Source of the DNA: Pseudolabrys sp.
GTDB taxonomy: Bacteria; Pseudomonadota; Alphaproteobacteria; Rhizobiales; Xanthobacteraceae
Length of the DNA stretch: 64,000 bases
Assembly (NCBI GenBank): GCA_030655215.1
Contig: JAURVZ010000091.1
Coordinates: forward strand, 3,137-67,136
Reading direction: 5' to 3'
Shown here: positions 8,382-16,904 of the stretch, one piece after another
Position numbering within the stretch: the stretch's first letter is position 1
Layout of the letters: each line of letters begins with the position of its first letter
The notes under the pieces: generated by a model
What the model was told of the DNA's origin: nothing
Seen by the model: the letters and a program-made list of their open reading frames with translations, nothing else
Databases searched by the model: none
Program-made: the position numbers and the translations under genes

Positions 8382-10598
8382 GTGACATTCCTGCCCACCC
8401 ATCCGCAGATCGATCGCGCTCTCGCGGAACGCAATTACAACGACCCGACGCCGGTGCAGAGCGCCGTGACAGCGGAAGCCGTCGCCGGCCGCGATCTCCT
8501 CGTCTCGGCGCAGACCGGCTCCGGCAAGACGGTCGCTTACGGCCTGGCCTTCGCGAAGAACCTGCTCGGCGAAGAGGGCCGCTTCAAGAGCGGCTCCAAG
8601 CCGCTCGCTCTGGTCGTCGCGCCGACGCGTGAACTGGCGCTGCAGGTGCAGCGCGAACTGACCTGGCTCTATCAATATACCGGCGCGCGCGTCGTCTCCG
8701 GCGTCGGCGGCATGGATCCGCGCCGCGAGCAGCGCGAACTCGCCGATGGGGCGCATATCGTTGTCGGCACGCCGGGACGCCTGTGCGACCATTTGCGGCG
8801 CAACCGCCTCGATGTTTCGGAATTGAAGGCCGTTGTGCTCGACGAAGCCGACGAAATGCTCGATCTCGGCTTCCGCGAAGACATTGAAGCCATTCTCAAG
8901 ACCATGCCGGAAGACCGCCGTACCTTGCTGTTCTCGGCGACCTTGCCGCGCGCCATTGTCGCGCTCGCCAAGCAGTACCAGAAGAACGCGCAGCGCATCG
9001 AGGTCGCCGGTGATGAAGGCGGCCATTCGGATATCGAATACCGCGCCCTGCGCGTCGCCTCGCAGGATGTCGAACATGCTGTTGTCAACGTGTTACGCTA
9101 TTATGAGTCGCCAAGCGCCATCGTCTTCTGCAACACGCGCAACGCCGTCAATCATCTGCAGGCGGCGCTGCTTGAGCGCGGCTTCTCGGTGGTCGCGCTG
9201 TCCGGCGAGTTGTCGCAGAACGAACGCACCCACGCGCTGCAATCGCTGCGCGATGGCCGTTCGCGCATTTGCGTCGCCACCGACGTTGCCGCGCGCGGCA
9301 TCGATTTGCCCAATCTCGGCCTCGTCATCCATTCCGATCTGCCGAACGATTCCGAAGTCATGCAGCATCGCTCCGGCCGTACCGGCCGCGCCGGCAAGAA
9401 GGGCGTCAGCGTTCTGCTGGTGCCGCCGGCGCGTCGCCGCAAGGCCGAGATCCTGCTGAAGAACGCTGGCATCGAAGCGATCTGGGGCGTTACGCCGCAG
9501 GCTGAAGAGATCCGCGTGCTCGATCAGCAGCGCATGATGCAGGATTCGCTTTTCAATGAAGAGCCAACCGAGGACGATCTGGTTCTGGCACGCGCGCTGC
9601 TCGCCGAGCGCACACCAGAAGCCATCGCCTCCGCGCTGGCGCGGCTCTATCGCTCGCGCCTGCCGGCTGCTGAAGATCTCATGGATCCGGGCCAGGATCG
9701 TTTCCAGGATCGCTTTGCCGATCGCAATGACCGTAACCGTGGCCGCGACAGCCGTTCGCAGCGCGGTGACGATAATGCCTCGTCCTTTGAGCGCCCGGCC
9801 CGCAAGGAGCGTGCGCGTGAAAGTCTGCCGGGCGGCAGCGTGTGGTTTCGAGTTTCCGCCGGCAAGCAGAAGAAGGCCGAAGCGCGCTGGCTGCTGCCGA
9901 TGATCTGCCGCCGCGGTGGCGTCAACAAGGATGAGATCGGCGCGATCCGCATTTACGAGGATCACTCGGAATTCGAGATCGCCAAGGATGCGGTCGACAA
10001 GTTCACCACCAAGATCCAGCGCCCGGACAAGGAGCAGCACGTCATCACCGCGCTGCCGAACGGACCGCAAGGCGAGGGCGCGCCGGTGAAGGCGAGCCCG
10101 GCGCCTTATGTGCGCAAGCACGAGCCGAAGCCTGAGCATAAGCCGGAGCCTTCCTTCGAGCCGAAGGTTGAGGTGAAGTCAGAGCCGGCGTTCGAGCCGC
10201 GCGCCGCCGAAACCAAGTTCGAACCGCGCGCCGACGACAAGCCGGTGTTCGTCGACAAGCCGCGCTTTGAGAAAAAGCCCTATCTCGGCAACAAGCCGCG
10301 ATTCGACAGCAAGCCGGCTTACGACAAGAAGAAGCCAGACTACGCCAAGAAGCGCGAATTCGGCAGCAAGCCGGGCGGCTTCGAGAAGAAGCCGTATCAG
10401 GGCAAGAAGACCTTCCACGAGCACAAGCCGGCAACGGACAGTGCGCCACCGCGCCGTGACGACAGCAAGCCGGCCTTCACCAAGCGTGAGGACAAGCCGC
10501 ACTTCTCCAAGGGCAATACCTTTGCCAAGCACAAGGGCCCGAAGAAGAACAAGAAGCCGATGCGTCGGCCGAACCCGATGATCACCGACACGCCTTGA
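8382..10598 (+). CDS. DEAD-box RNA helicase with DbpA-like RNA-binding domain and long basic tail
   Basis: AQTGSGKT, PTRELA, DEAD, SAT, ARGID and HRSGRTGRAG motifs; GTG start. Confidence 0.93.
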   Translation: MTFLPTHPQIDRALAERNYNDPTPVQSAVTAEAVAGRDLLVSAQTGSGKTVAYGLAFAKNLLGEEGRFKSGSKPLALVVAPTRELALQVQRELTWLYQYTGARVVSGVGGMDPRREQRELADGAHIVVGTPGRLCDHLRRNRLDVSELKAVVLDEADEMLDLGFREDIEAILKTMPEDRRTLLFSATLPRAIVALAKQYQKNAQRIEVAGDEGGHSDIEYRALRVASQDVEHAVVNVLRYYESPSAIVFCNTRNAVNHLQAALLERGFSVVALSGELSQNERTHALQSLRDGRSRICVATDVAARGIDLPNLGLVIHSDLPNDSEVMQHRSGRTGRAGKKGVSVLLVPPARRRKAEILLKNAGIEAIWGVTPQAEEIRVLDQQRMMQDSLFNEEPTEDDLVLARALLAERTPEAIASALARLYRSRLPAAEDLMDPGQDRFQDRFADRNDRNRGRDSRSQRGDDNASSFERPARKERARESLPGGSVWFRVSAGKQKKAEARWLLPMICRRGGVNKDEIGAIRIYEDHSEFEIAKDAVDKFTTKIQRPDKEQHVITALPNGPQGEGAPVKASPAPYVRKHEPKPEHKPEPSFEPKVEVKSEPAFEPRAAETKFEPRADDKPVFVDKPRFEKKPYLGNKPRFDSKPAYDKKKPDYAKKREFGSKPGGFEKKPYQGKKTFHEHKPATDSAPPRRDDSKPAFTKREDKPHFSKGNTFAKHKGPKKNKKPMRRPNPMITDTP

Positions 10599-10605
10599 TA
10601 AAAAC

Positions 10606-11049
10606 TCAGACCTGCTCGGCGTTGAGGTAGGCCAGCCGCGCGCCGCAGAAAGCGCAGGCGAGGCCCAGCGTCAGCGCCGCCAGGCTGCTGATCACGTCAA
10701 TCGTGCCGCCGAGATTGCCGCTTCGGCTCATGACGCCGCCGGCTGTCGCGACAGCAAAGGCGAGCACGATAAGAAATCGTTGGGCGAAGCGGAAAACGAA
10801 GGCGCGCTCGCGCGCCGCCGCGATCAAGTAGGCGCCGGTGCCCCAGCCGCCGAGAAAGCCGGCGCCGCCGATTGCCCACCAGGCCAGCGCGGAGGCCAGC
10901 TGCTGTTTTTGTCCGGAAGCGGCATTGCGTAAAACGGAATCAAGCCCGACGCCCAGCATGGTCAGCGCGATATGCGCGGCCATGGCGGCGAACACGCCAC
11001 AGGCGATGGCGGCAGCATAATGCAGTCGGCGAAGGGCGTCGGCTTCCAT
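10606..11049 (-). CDS. Hypothetical membrane protein (about 4 TM)
   Basis: 147-aa ORF with four hydrophobic stretches; fills the gap convergent with the helicase. Confidence 0.65.
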   Translation of the reverse strand: MEADALRRLHYAAAIACGVFAAMAAHIALTMLGVGLDSVLRNAASGQKQQLASALAWWAIGGAGFLGGWGTGAYLIAAARERAFVFRFAQRFLIVLAFAVATAGGVMSRSGNLGGTIDVISSLAALTLGLACAFCGARLAYLNAEQV

Positions 11050-11122
11050 GGGGTCAGGTCCAAACGGCGGGCGCCGTTACCGGCAGGATAGCCGATGCCA
11101 TCGACGCTGGCGAACTTGACGC

Positions 11123-11293
11123 CTAGGCCGCCCGGGTGAGCGGCGCGTTCTGCAGCAGGTCGTGGAATTCGCGCTCCAGCGCATCGAGGGCTGCACGCCG
11201 CGCCGGGGTCAACAGGCCTTGCTCACTGGATTGAACATCAACACAACGCTCACCGGACTGAGAGAACTTATGGTCGCCCGTCTTCAAGCGCAT
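11123..11293 (-). CDS. Small hypothetical protein (56 aa)
   Basis: ATG at 11293 preceded by GGGGGAAA; helical C-terminus RRAALDALEREFHDLL. Confidence 0.45.
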   Translation of the reverse strand: MRLKTGDHKFSQSGERCVDVQSSEQGLLTPARRAALDALEREFHDLLQNAPLTRAA

Positions 11294-11361
11294 GTGTTTT
11301 CCCCCAAAGGTTTTGCCCCAATTGACCAAGGATTATCTGAGTCGGGGCTTGCTCAACTACT

Positions 11362-11370
11362 TGTGGATAA
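11362..11370 (-). promoter_or_regulatory. Single perfect DnaA box (TTATCCACA)
   Basis: Plus strand reads TGTGGATAA, in the divergent intergenic region. Confidence 0.4.
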
Positions 11371-11436
11371 GGCTGCCGCGGCGATTGATTCTGACTGTGT
11401 CATTTCGGTGACATTTATTCGCAAGGCGGCCGAACA

Positions 11437-12891
11437 ATGAGTCGCATCAAGACGTTAGCGCGCATGGCCGGGAACGAAGACATTGTTGAAAGCGACATTC
11501 CGGCGCGGCTCGACCGGCTGCCTTGGGGCCGCTTTCACAATCTGGTCGTCGCCGCGCTCGGTATCACCTGGATCCTCGACGGGCTTGAGGTGACGCTGGC
11601 CGGCGCACTCGCCGGCGCGTTGAAAGAAAGCCCGGTCCTCCGGTTCAGCAATGTCGATATCGGGTTGGTGAGCAGCGCTTATCTCGCCGGCGCGGTGCTC
11701 GGCGCGCTGCTCTTCGGCTGGCTCACCGATCGGCTGGGCCGCAAGAAATTGTTCTTCATCACGCTGGTTGTCTATCTCACCGCAACGGCGGCGACTGCGT
11801 TCTCCTGGAATCTCTGGACCTTCGCGCTGTGCCGTTTCGTGACCGGCGCCGGTATCGGCGGCGAATATGCGGCGATCAACTCGACCATCCAGGAGTTGAT
11901 CCCGGCGCGCATGCGCGGCTGGACCGATCTCATCATCAACGGCAGCTTCTGGATCGGCGCCGCCATCGGCGCGGTGGCGTCGATCTTGCTGCTCGACCCC
12001 TCGTTCATCGATCCGGAAAAAGGCTGGCGACTCGCTTTTCTCATTGGCGCGGTCTTGGCGCTGGGCATCTTCTTCATGCGGCTCTGGATTCCGGAAAGCC
12101 CGCGCTGGCTGATGACGCATGGCCGCGCCGACGAGGCGCACAAGGTGATCGCCGGCATCGAAGCGCGCTTTGCTGGATTGCCGCCGGCTGTCGATCTGCC
12201 CCGCGTCCGCTTGCGTGTGCGCACGTCGACGCCGCTTAGCGAAGTCGCGCATACGCTCTTCCATCGGTATCGCCAGCGCACCTTTGTCGGCCTCAGCCTG
12301 ATGGCGTCGCAGGCCTTCTTCTACAATGCCATCTTTTTCACCTACGCGCTGATCCTCACGGATTTCTACGGCGTGCCGTCCAACAATATCGGCTGGTACC
12401 TGCTGCCGTTTGCCGCTGGCAATTTCCTCGGCCCCGTGTTGATCGGCCGGCTGTTCGACACGATCGGCCGGCGCAAGATGATCGCCTTCACTTACATCAC
12501 ATCCGGCGTGTTGCTGACCGCCACCGGCTATTTGTTCATGCGCGAGCTGATCAGTGCGGAGATGCAAACGATCTGCTGGATGGTGATCTTCTTCTTTGCT
12601 TCCGCGGCGGCGAGCTCAGCCTATCTCACGGTCAGCGAAACCTTTCCGCTGGAAATCCGCGCGCTGGCGATCGCACTCTTCTACGCCATCGGCACCGGCG
12701 TCGGTGGCATTGTCGGGCCGTGGCTGTTTGGCGTGCTGATCGACACCGGCTCGCGCGCCAGCGTGTTCGGCGGCTATCTGCTCGGCGCCGTGCTGATGAT
12801 CATTGGCGGGCTGGTGGCGTGGCGCTGGGGCGTCAATGCCGAGCGCCAGCCACTCGAGTCAGTCGCCCGACCGCTTACTTTCATCGACTGA
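11437..12891 (+). CDS. MFS transporter (sugar porter/aromatic acid-like)
   Basis: G-x-LTDRLGRKK and LFDTIGRRK motif A copies, IPESPRWL and SETFP..IR; 12 TM. Confidence 0.92.
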   Translation: MSRIKTLARMAGNEDIVESDIPARLDRLPWGRFHNLVVAALGITWILDGLEVTLAGALAGALKESPVLRFSNVDIGLVSSAYLAGAVLGALLFGWLTDRLGRKKLFFITLVVYLTATAATAFSWNLWTFALCRFVTGAGIGGEYAAINSTIQELIPARMRGWTDLIINGSFWIGAAIGAVASILLLDPSFIDPEKGWRLAFLIGAVLALGIFFMRLWIPESPRWLMTHGRADEAHKVIAGIEARFAGLPPAVDLPRVRLRVRTSTPLSEVAHTLFHRYRQRTFVGLSLMASQAFFYNAIFFTYALILTDFYGVPSNNIGWYLLPFAAGNFLGPVLIGRLFDTIGRRKMIAFTYITSGVLLTATGYLFMRELISAEMQTICWMVIFFFASAAASSAYLTVSETFPLEIRALAIALFYAIGTGVGGIVGPWLFGVLIDTGSRASVFGGYLLGAVLMIIGGLVAWRWGVNAERQPLESVARPLTFID

Positions 12892-13398
12892 CGTTGGGTT
12901 ATTGCGCCGCGGCTCCGAGGAGTCGTCGTTGTCGGGGAAGATCTTGCCTTCGACCCAGCCGAGGCCGAACAGAATGATCAAGGTAATGATCACGCCGGAC
13001 AGAACGAGATGCCAGGCGGCCAAGGCGGAGGCGATGCCGAGCGCGGCGGTGACCCAAACGGTGGCCGCCGTCGTGAGACCTTGGACGACGCCTGACTTGG
13101 CATCGCGCAGCACCACACCGGCGCCGATAAAGCCGATGCCGGTGAGCACGCCTTGCAGCACGCCTTGCACGACACGGCTCAGCGCTTGCGGCTCATGATC
13201 GATGCCACGGAAGTCGATGGCTGTCAGCGCGGCGATAGCGGAGCCGAGGCCGACAAGCGCCAAAGTGCGCATGCCGAGCGGCTTGCCATGCATTTCGCGG
13301 TTGATGCCGATGACAACGCCGACGCCACTGGCGACGAGAAGACGCAGGACTTCGTCAAACCAGTTACTGTCAACCCAGCTCATATCCATGCGCTGCAA
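12859..13398 (-). CDS. MgtC/SapB family protein
   Basis: IGINRE...GMRT, GIGFIGAGV and GLTTAATVW motifs. Confidence 0.9.
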   Translation of the reverse strand: MQRMDMSWVDSNWFDEVLRLLVASGVGVVIGINREMHGKPLGMRTLALVGLGSAIAALTAIDFRGIDHEPQALSRVVQGVLQGVLTGIGFIGAGVVLRDAKSGVVQGLTTAATVWVTAALGIASALAAWHLVLSGVIITLIILFGLGWVEGKIFPDNDDSSEPRRNNPTSVDESKRSGD

Positions 13399-13438
13399 AC
13401 CTGTTTTGAACTTCTAAGTTCCGTTTTGAGGGCGGCCA

Positions 13439-13684
13439 TCACGTGCGCTGCTTCGTCGCGCGCTTGGCGCTCATTTTCAAGGCTTCGCGAAAGTCGGCGG
13501 TGCGGCCGCATTTGTGCAGCAGATCGCGGAAGGCTTCCTCGGTGATCTCGGGCAGGTCTTTCATCTGCTCGCGCGCCAGCAGCGAGACGGCGTCCCAGGT
13601 GGCGCGGTCGAACTGCACGCGCTTGCCGACGAGATCGTCGGCTGCCTTCGCGGGTTTCGGCGCTTTGGTTTTCTTCTTCGCCAT
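13439..13684 (-). CDS. Small hypothetical protein, possibly ribbon-helix-helix-like
   Basis: 81 aa, 8 bp after the CaiB stop; beta-like KRVQF followed by two predicted helices. Confidence 0.65.
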   Translation of the reverse strand: MAKKKTKAPKPAKAADDLVGKRVQFDRATWDAVSLLAREQMKDLPEITEEAFRDLLHKCGRTADFREALKMSAKRATKQRT

Positions 13685-13692
13685 CCGGTTGA

Positions 13693-14865
13693 TCAGCCTT
13701 CGCCAATCTCTTTCAAAATCTCCGCCGTGTGCTCGCCGAGGCGCGGCGAGGGGCGTTCGCTGGCCGCGCGCCAGCCGTCGATGACGATGGGCGTGCGCAC
13801 GCCGGGAATGCTGCCGCCCTTGGCGGCATCGCTCTTCAGGTCGAGCTTCATGCCGCGGGCGATGACCTGCGGATCGTTGAACACCTGTTCGATGTTGTTG
13901 ATTGGGCCGGCCGGCACCTTTTGCTCTTCCAGTTTGGCGAGCAGGTCGTCGCGCTTCATCTTCCTGGTCAGTTCGGCGAGCTTCGGCACCAACACATTGC
14001 GATGGGTCAAGCGGCCGACATTGTCCTTATAAGTCGGATCGGTGGCCAGTTCAGGCGCGCCGAGGATATGACAGAGCTTGATGTACTGGCCGTCATTGCC
14101 GGTGGCGATGATGATGTGGCCATCGGCGGTCGGGAATTCCTGATACGGCACGATGTTGGCGTGCGAGTTGCCGAGGCGGACGGGCAGGTTGCCCGAGACC
14201 AGGAAGTTCAGCGCCTGGTTGGCGAGGATGCCGACCGTCGAGTCGACCAATGCGGTATCGACATAGGCGCCCTTGCCGGTGCGCTCGCGCTGCGCCAGCG
14301 CCGCCAGAATGCCGACGACCGAATAGACGCCGGTGAAAATATCGGACACCGCGCCGCCGACCTTGGTCGGCGGGCCGTCGGCCATGCCGGTAATGTCCAT
14401 CAGGCCGCCCATGCCTTGCGCCATCAGGTCATAGCCGGCGCGCGGCGCATAAGGGCCATCCTGCCCGAAGCCGGTGACCGAGCAATAGATCAGCCGCGGA
14501 AAATCCTGCGACATGCTCTTATAGTCAAGCTTGAACTTGGCAAGGCCGCCGACCTTGAAGTTCTCGATCAGGATGTCGGACTTTGCCGCGAGTTTGCGCA
14601 CAATGCGCTGGCCATCCTCGGTCTCGAAGTCGAGTTCGATCGAACGCTTGCCGCGGTTGGCAGAGTGGAAATAAGCAGCACCCAGATTGCCGCCATCGGC
14701 GGCTTCGACGAAGGGCGGGCCCCAGCCGCGCGTGTCGTCGCCGGCGCCCTTGCGCTCGACCTTAATGACGTCGGCGCCGAGATCGGCGAGCGTCTGTCCG
14801 GCCCAGGGACCGGCCAGAATGCGGGCGAGTTCGAGGACGCGGACACCGGCGAGAGGCTTGGACAT
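13693..14865 (-). CDS. CaiB/BaiF family III CoA-transferase
   Basis: PLAGVRVLEL...LAGP, LGADVIKVE, NRGKRS, ENF, GYD and P.LGEHT motifs. Confidence 0.93.
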   Translation of the reverse strand: MSKPLAGVRVLELARILAGPWAGQTLADLGADVIKVERKGAGDDTRGWGPPFVEAADGGNLGAAYFHSANRGKRSIELDFETEDGQRIVRKLAAKSDILIENFKVGGLAKFKLDYKSMSQDFPRLIYCSVTGFGQDGPYAPRAGYDLMAQGMGGLMDITGMADGPPTKVGGAVSDIFTGVYSVVGILAALAQRERTGKGAYVDTALVDSTVGILANQALNFLVSGNLPVRLGNSHANIVPYQEFPTADGHIIIATGNDGQYIKLCHILGAPELATDPTYKDNVGRLTHRNVLVPKLAELTRKMKRDDLLAKLEEQKVPAGPINNIEQVFNDPQVIARGMKLDLKSDAAKGGSIPGVRTPIVIDGWRAASERPSPRLGEHTAEILKEIGEG

Positions 14866-14898
14866 AAAGGCTTCCTTGGATCGGCTGAAGAGGCGCCT

Positions 14899-15807
14899 TT
14901 ATACCTTGAAGCGCGGATCAAGGAAGTCCCGCAAACTGTCGCCGAATAGGTTGAATGCAAATACGGCGAGGCTGATGGCGATGCCCGGAAACAGGATCAT
15001 CCAGGGCGCCTGGCGGTAAAAATCGGCCGCATTGCCGGACAGCATCAGGCCCCAGGCCGCGGTCGGCTCGGTGACGCCAAGGCCGAGGAACGAGAGCGAA
15101 GCTTCTGCCAGGATCGCTTGGGCGATGAAGGCGGTCAGCATGATGAGGTATGGCGCGACCACATTGGGCGCCATGTGGCGGAAGATGATGCGGGTGTGCG
15201 AATAGCCAGCGGCGCGCGCGGCGTCGATGTAGGGCGCGACGCGGACCGACAAAGCGGCGGCGCGCACGACGCGGGCAACGCGCGGGATAATCGGAATGGC
15301 AATGGCGACGATCAGGTTGACGTCGACGCCGCCGACCGAGAACTTGCGGAAGGCAGCAACCACGACCAGCGCCAGCACGATCAGCGGGAAGGCCAGCAGG
15401 ATGTCGACGAAGCGCTGGATCCAGTCATCGATCTTGCCGCCGAAATAGGCCGAGGCAATGCCGAGAATGGCGCCGAGCGACGAGCCGACGAAAGACGAGG
15501 TAAAGCCGATCACAAGCGCCGTACGCGCGCCGTAAATCAGACGCGAGCAGATATCACGGCCATAGGCGTCGGTGCCGCACCAATGATCGGCCGACGGCGG
15601 CGCCAGCAGCGAGGCGAAGTCGATGTTCAGCGGATCGTAGGGCGCGACCCATGGCGAGAAAATGCCGGCAAACATCATCAGGAAAATGACGACGAAGCTG
15701 ACCGCGCCGAGCGGCTGCTGGCGGCAGAATTCGATGAACTGGTTCGGCTGCCGCGCCGGTTTGGCGGCCACCGGCGCAACAGGAAGGGTCGGGTCGGCGA
15801 TGGTCAT
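14899..15807 (-). CDS. Peptide/nickel ABC transporter permease (DppC/OppC-like)
   Basis: GTDAYGRD, EASLSFLGLG and GDSLRDFLDPR motifs. Confidence 0.92.
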   Translation of the reverse strand: MTIADPTLPVAPVAAKPARQPNQFIEFCRQQPLGAVSFVVIFLMMFAGIFSPWVAPYDPLNIDFASLLAPPSADHWCGTDAYGRDICSRLIYGARTALVIGFTSSFVGSSLGAILGIASAYFGGKIDDWIQRFVDILLAFPLIVLALVVVAAFRKFSVGGVDVNLIVAIAIPIIPRVARVVRAAALSVRVAPYIDAARAAGYSHTRIIFRHMAPNVVAPYLIMLTAFIAQAILAEASLSFLGLGVTEPTAAWGLMLSGNAADFYRQAPWMILFPGIAISLAVFAFNLFGDSLRDFLDPRFKV

Positions 15808-16760
15808 GAATTGTACCGGATGCGCGGATCGAACACGGCGTAGAGCAGGTCGATGGCGAGATTGACGAACACGTAGAACGCGGCGATCAGCATCACCATG
15901 CCCTGGATCAAAGTGAAGTCGTTGCGCGACACGCTTTGCACGAACAACTGGCCGATGCCGTTGAGGTTGAACACCTGTTCGGTGACGACAAGGCCGCCAA
16001 TCAGGAAGGTGAATTCAAGGCCGATGACGGTGATCGCCGGCAACAGCGCATTGCGCAAAGCGTGGCGCGAGACGACCAGCTTTTCATAGACGCCCTTGGC
16101 GCGCGCGGTGCGGATGTAGTCTTCGTTCATCACCTCGAGCAGCGACGAGCGGATCATGCGCGCCACCACGGCGCAGTAGCGATAGCCGACCGCCAAGGCG
16201 GGCCAGATCAGCTGCGTCAGATTGGCGATGGGGTCGACATAGATCGGCGTGAAGGTAATCGGCGGCAGCCAATTGAACAGGCTGAGCAGCGTCAGCATGA
16301 TGATCATGCCGAACCAAAAGGATGGAATTGAGAGTCCGCCTATGGTGATGAGCCGGACGGTGTAATCGATCCATGTGCCGCGAAACAGCGCTGCGGCCGT
16401 GCCCATCGGGACGGCCAGCAAGATCGCAATGATGGTGGCCATGATCGCCACCTGGAACGATAGTTCGAAACGGCCGGCGATCTCGGTCACCACGGGCCGC
16501 TCGGTCCACATCGAATTGCCGAAGTCGAGCCGCGCCATGTCAACCATCCAGGTGCCGAACTGGTTGATCAGCGGCCGGTCGAGGCCGAGCCGCTTGCGCT
16601 CCAGTTCTATGGTTTCCTGGGTGACCGTGCCGCCATCGCCGCGCAATTTGATCTCGACAATATCGCCGGGAACGATGCGCAGCATGAAGAAGACGAGCAC
16701 GGCAACCCCAAGCAGTGTCGGGATCATCAGCAGGATGCGGTTGGTGGCGTAGCGGAGCAT
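15804..16760 (-). CDS. Peptide/nickel ABC transporter permease (DppB/OppB-like)
   Basis: DYIRTARAKG, HALRNA and DLLYAVFDPRI motifs. Confidence 0.92.
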   Translation of the reverse strand: MLRYATNRILLMIPTLLGVAVLVFFMLRIVPGDIVEIKLRGDGGTVTQETIELERKRLGLDRPLINQFGTWMVDMARLDFGNSMWTERPVVTEIAGRFELSFQVAIMATIIAILLAVPMGTAAALFRGTWIDYTVRLITIGGLSIPSFWFGMIIMLTLLSLFNWLPPITFTPIYVDPIANLTQLIWPALAVGYRYCAVVARMIRSSLLEVMNEDYIRTARAKGVYEKLVVSRHALRNALLPAITVIGLEFTFLIGGLVVTEQVFNLNGIGQLFVQSVSRNDFTLIQGMVMLIAAFYVFVNLAIDLLYAVFDPRIRYNS

Positions 16761-16784
16761 GCGACAATTCTCGTCAGTGTCTCG

Positions 16785-16893
16785 ACCCCACCCTTCGAGA
16801 CGCGGCCTGCGGCCGCTCCTCAGGGTGAGGTCGTACTCTTAAGGCCCTCATCCTGAGGAGCCGTGCGCAGCACGGCGTCTCGAAGGATGAGGG
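16785..16893. repeat. Inverted pair of REP-like palindromic repeats (CCTCATCCTGAGGAG...GTCTCGAAGGATGAGG family)
   Basis: Two inverted copies (about 16785-16831 and 16845-16893), each with an internal hairpin; related copies at 35142 and 56421. Confidence 0.85.
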
Positions 16894-16904
16894 AAGTGAG
16901 AGCC

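Noticed and set aside
11330-11436. Replication origin suggested by the DnaA box
   Set aside because: Only one box, no AT-rich unwinding region, and no hemE/dnaA/parAB context.
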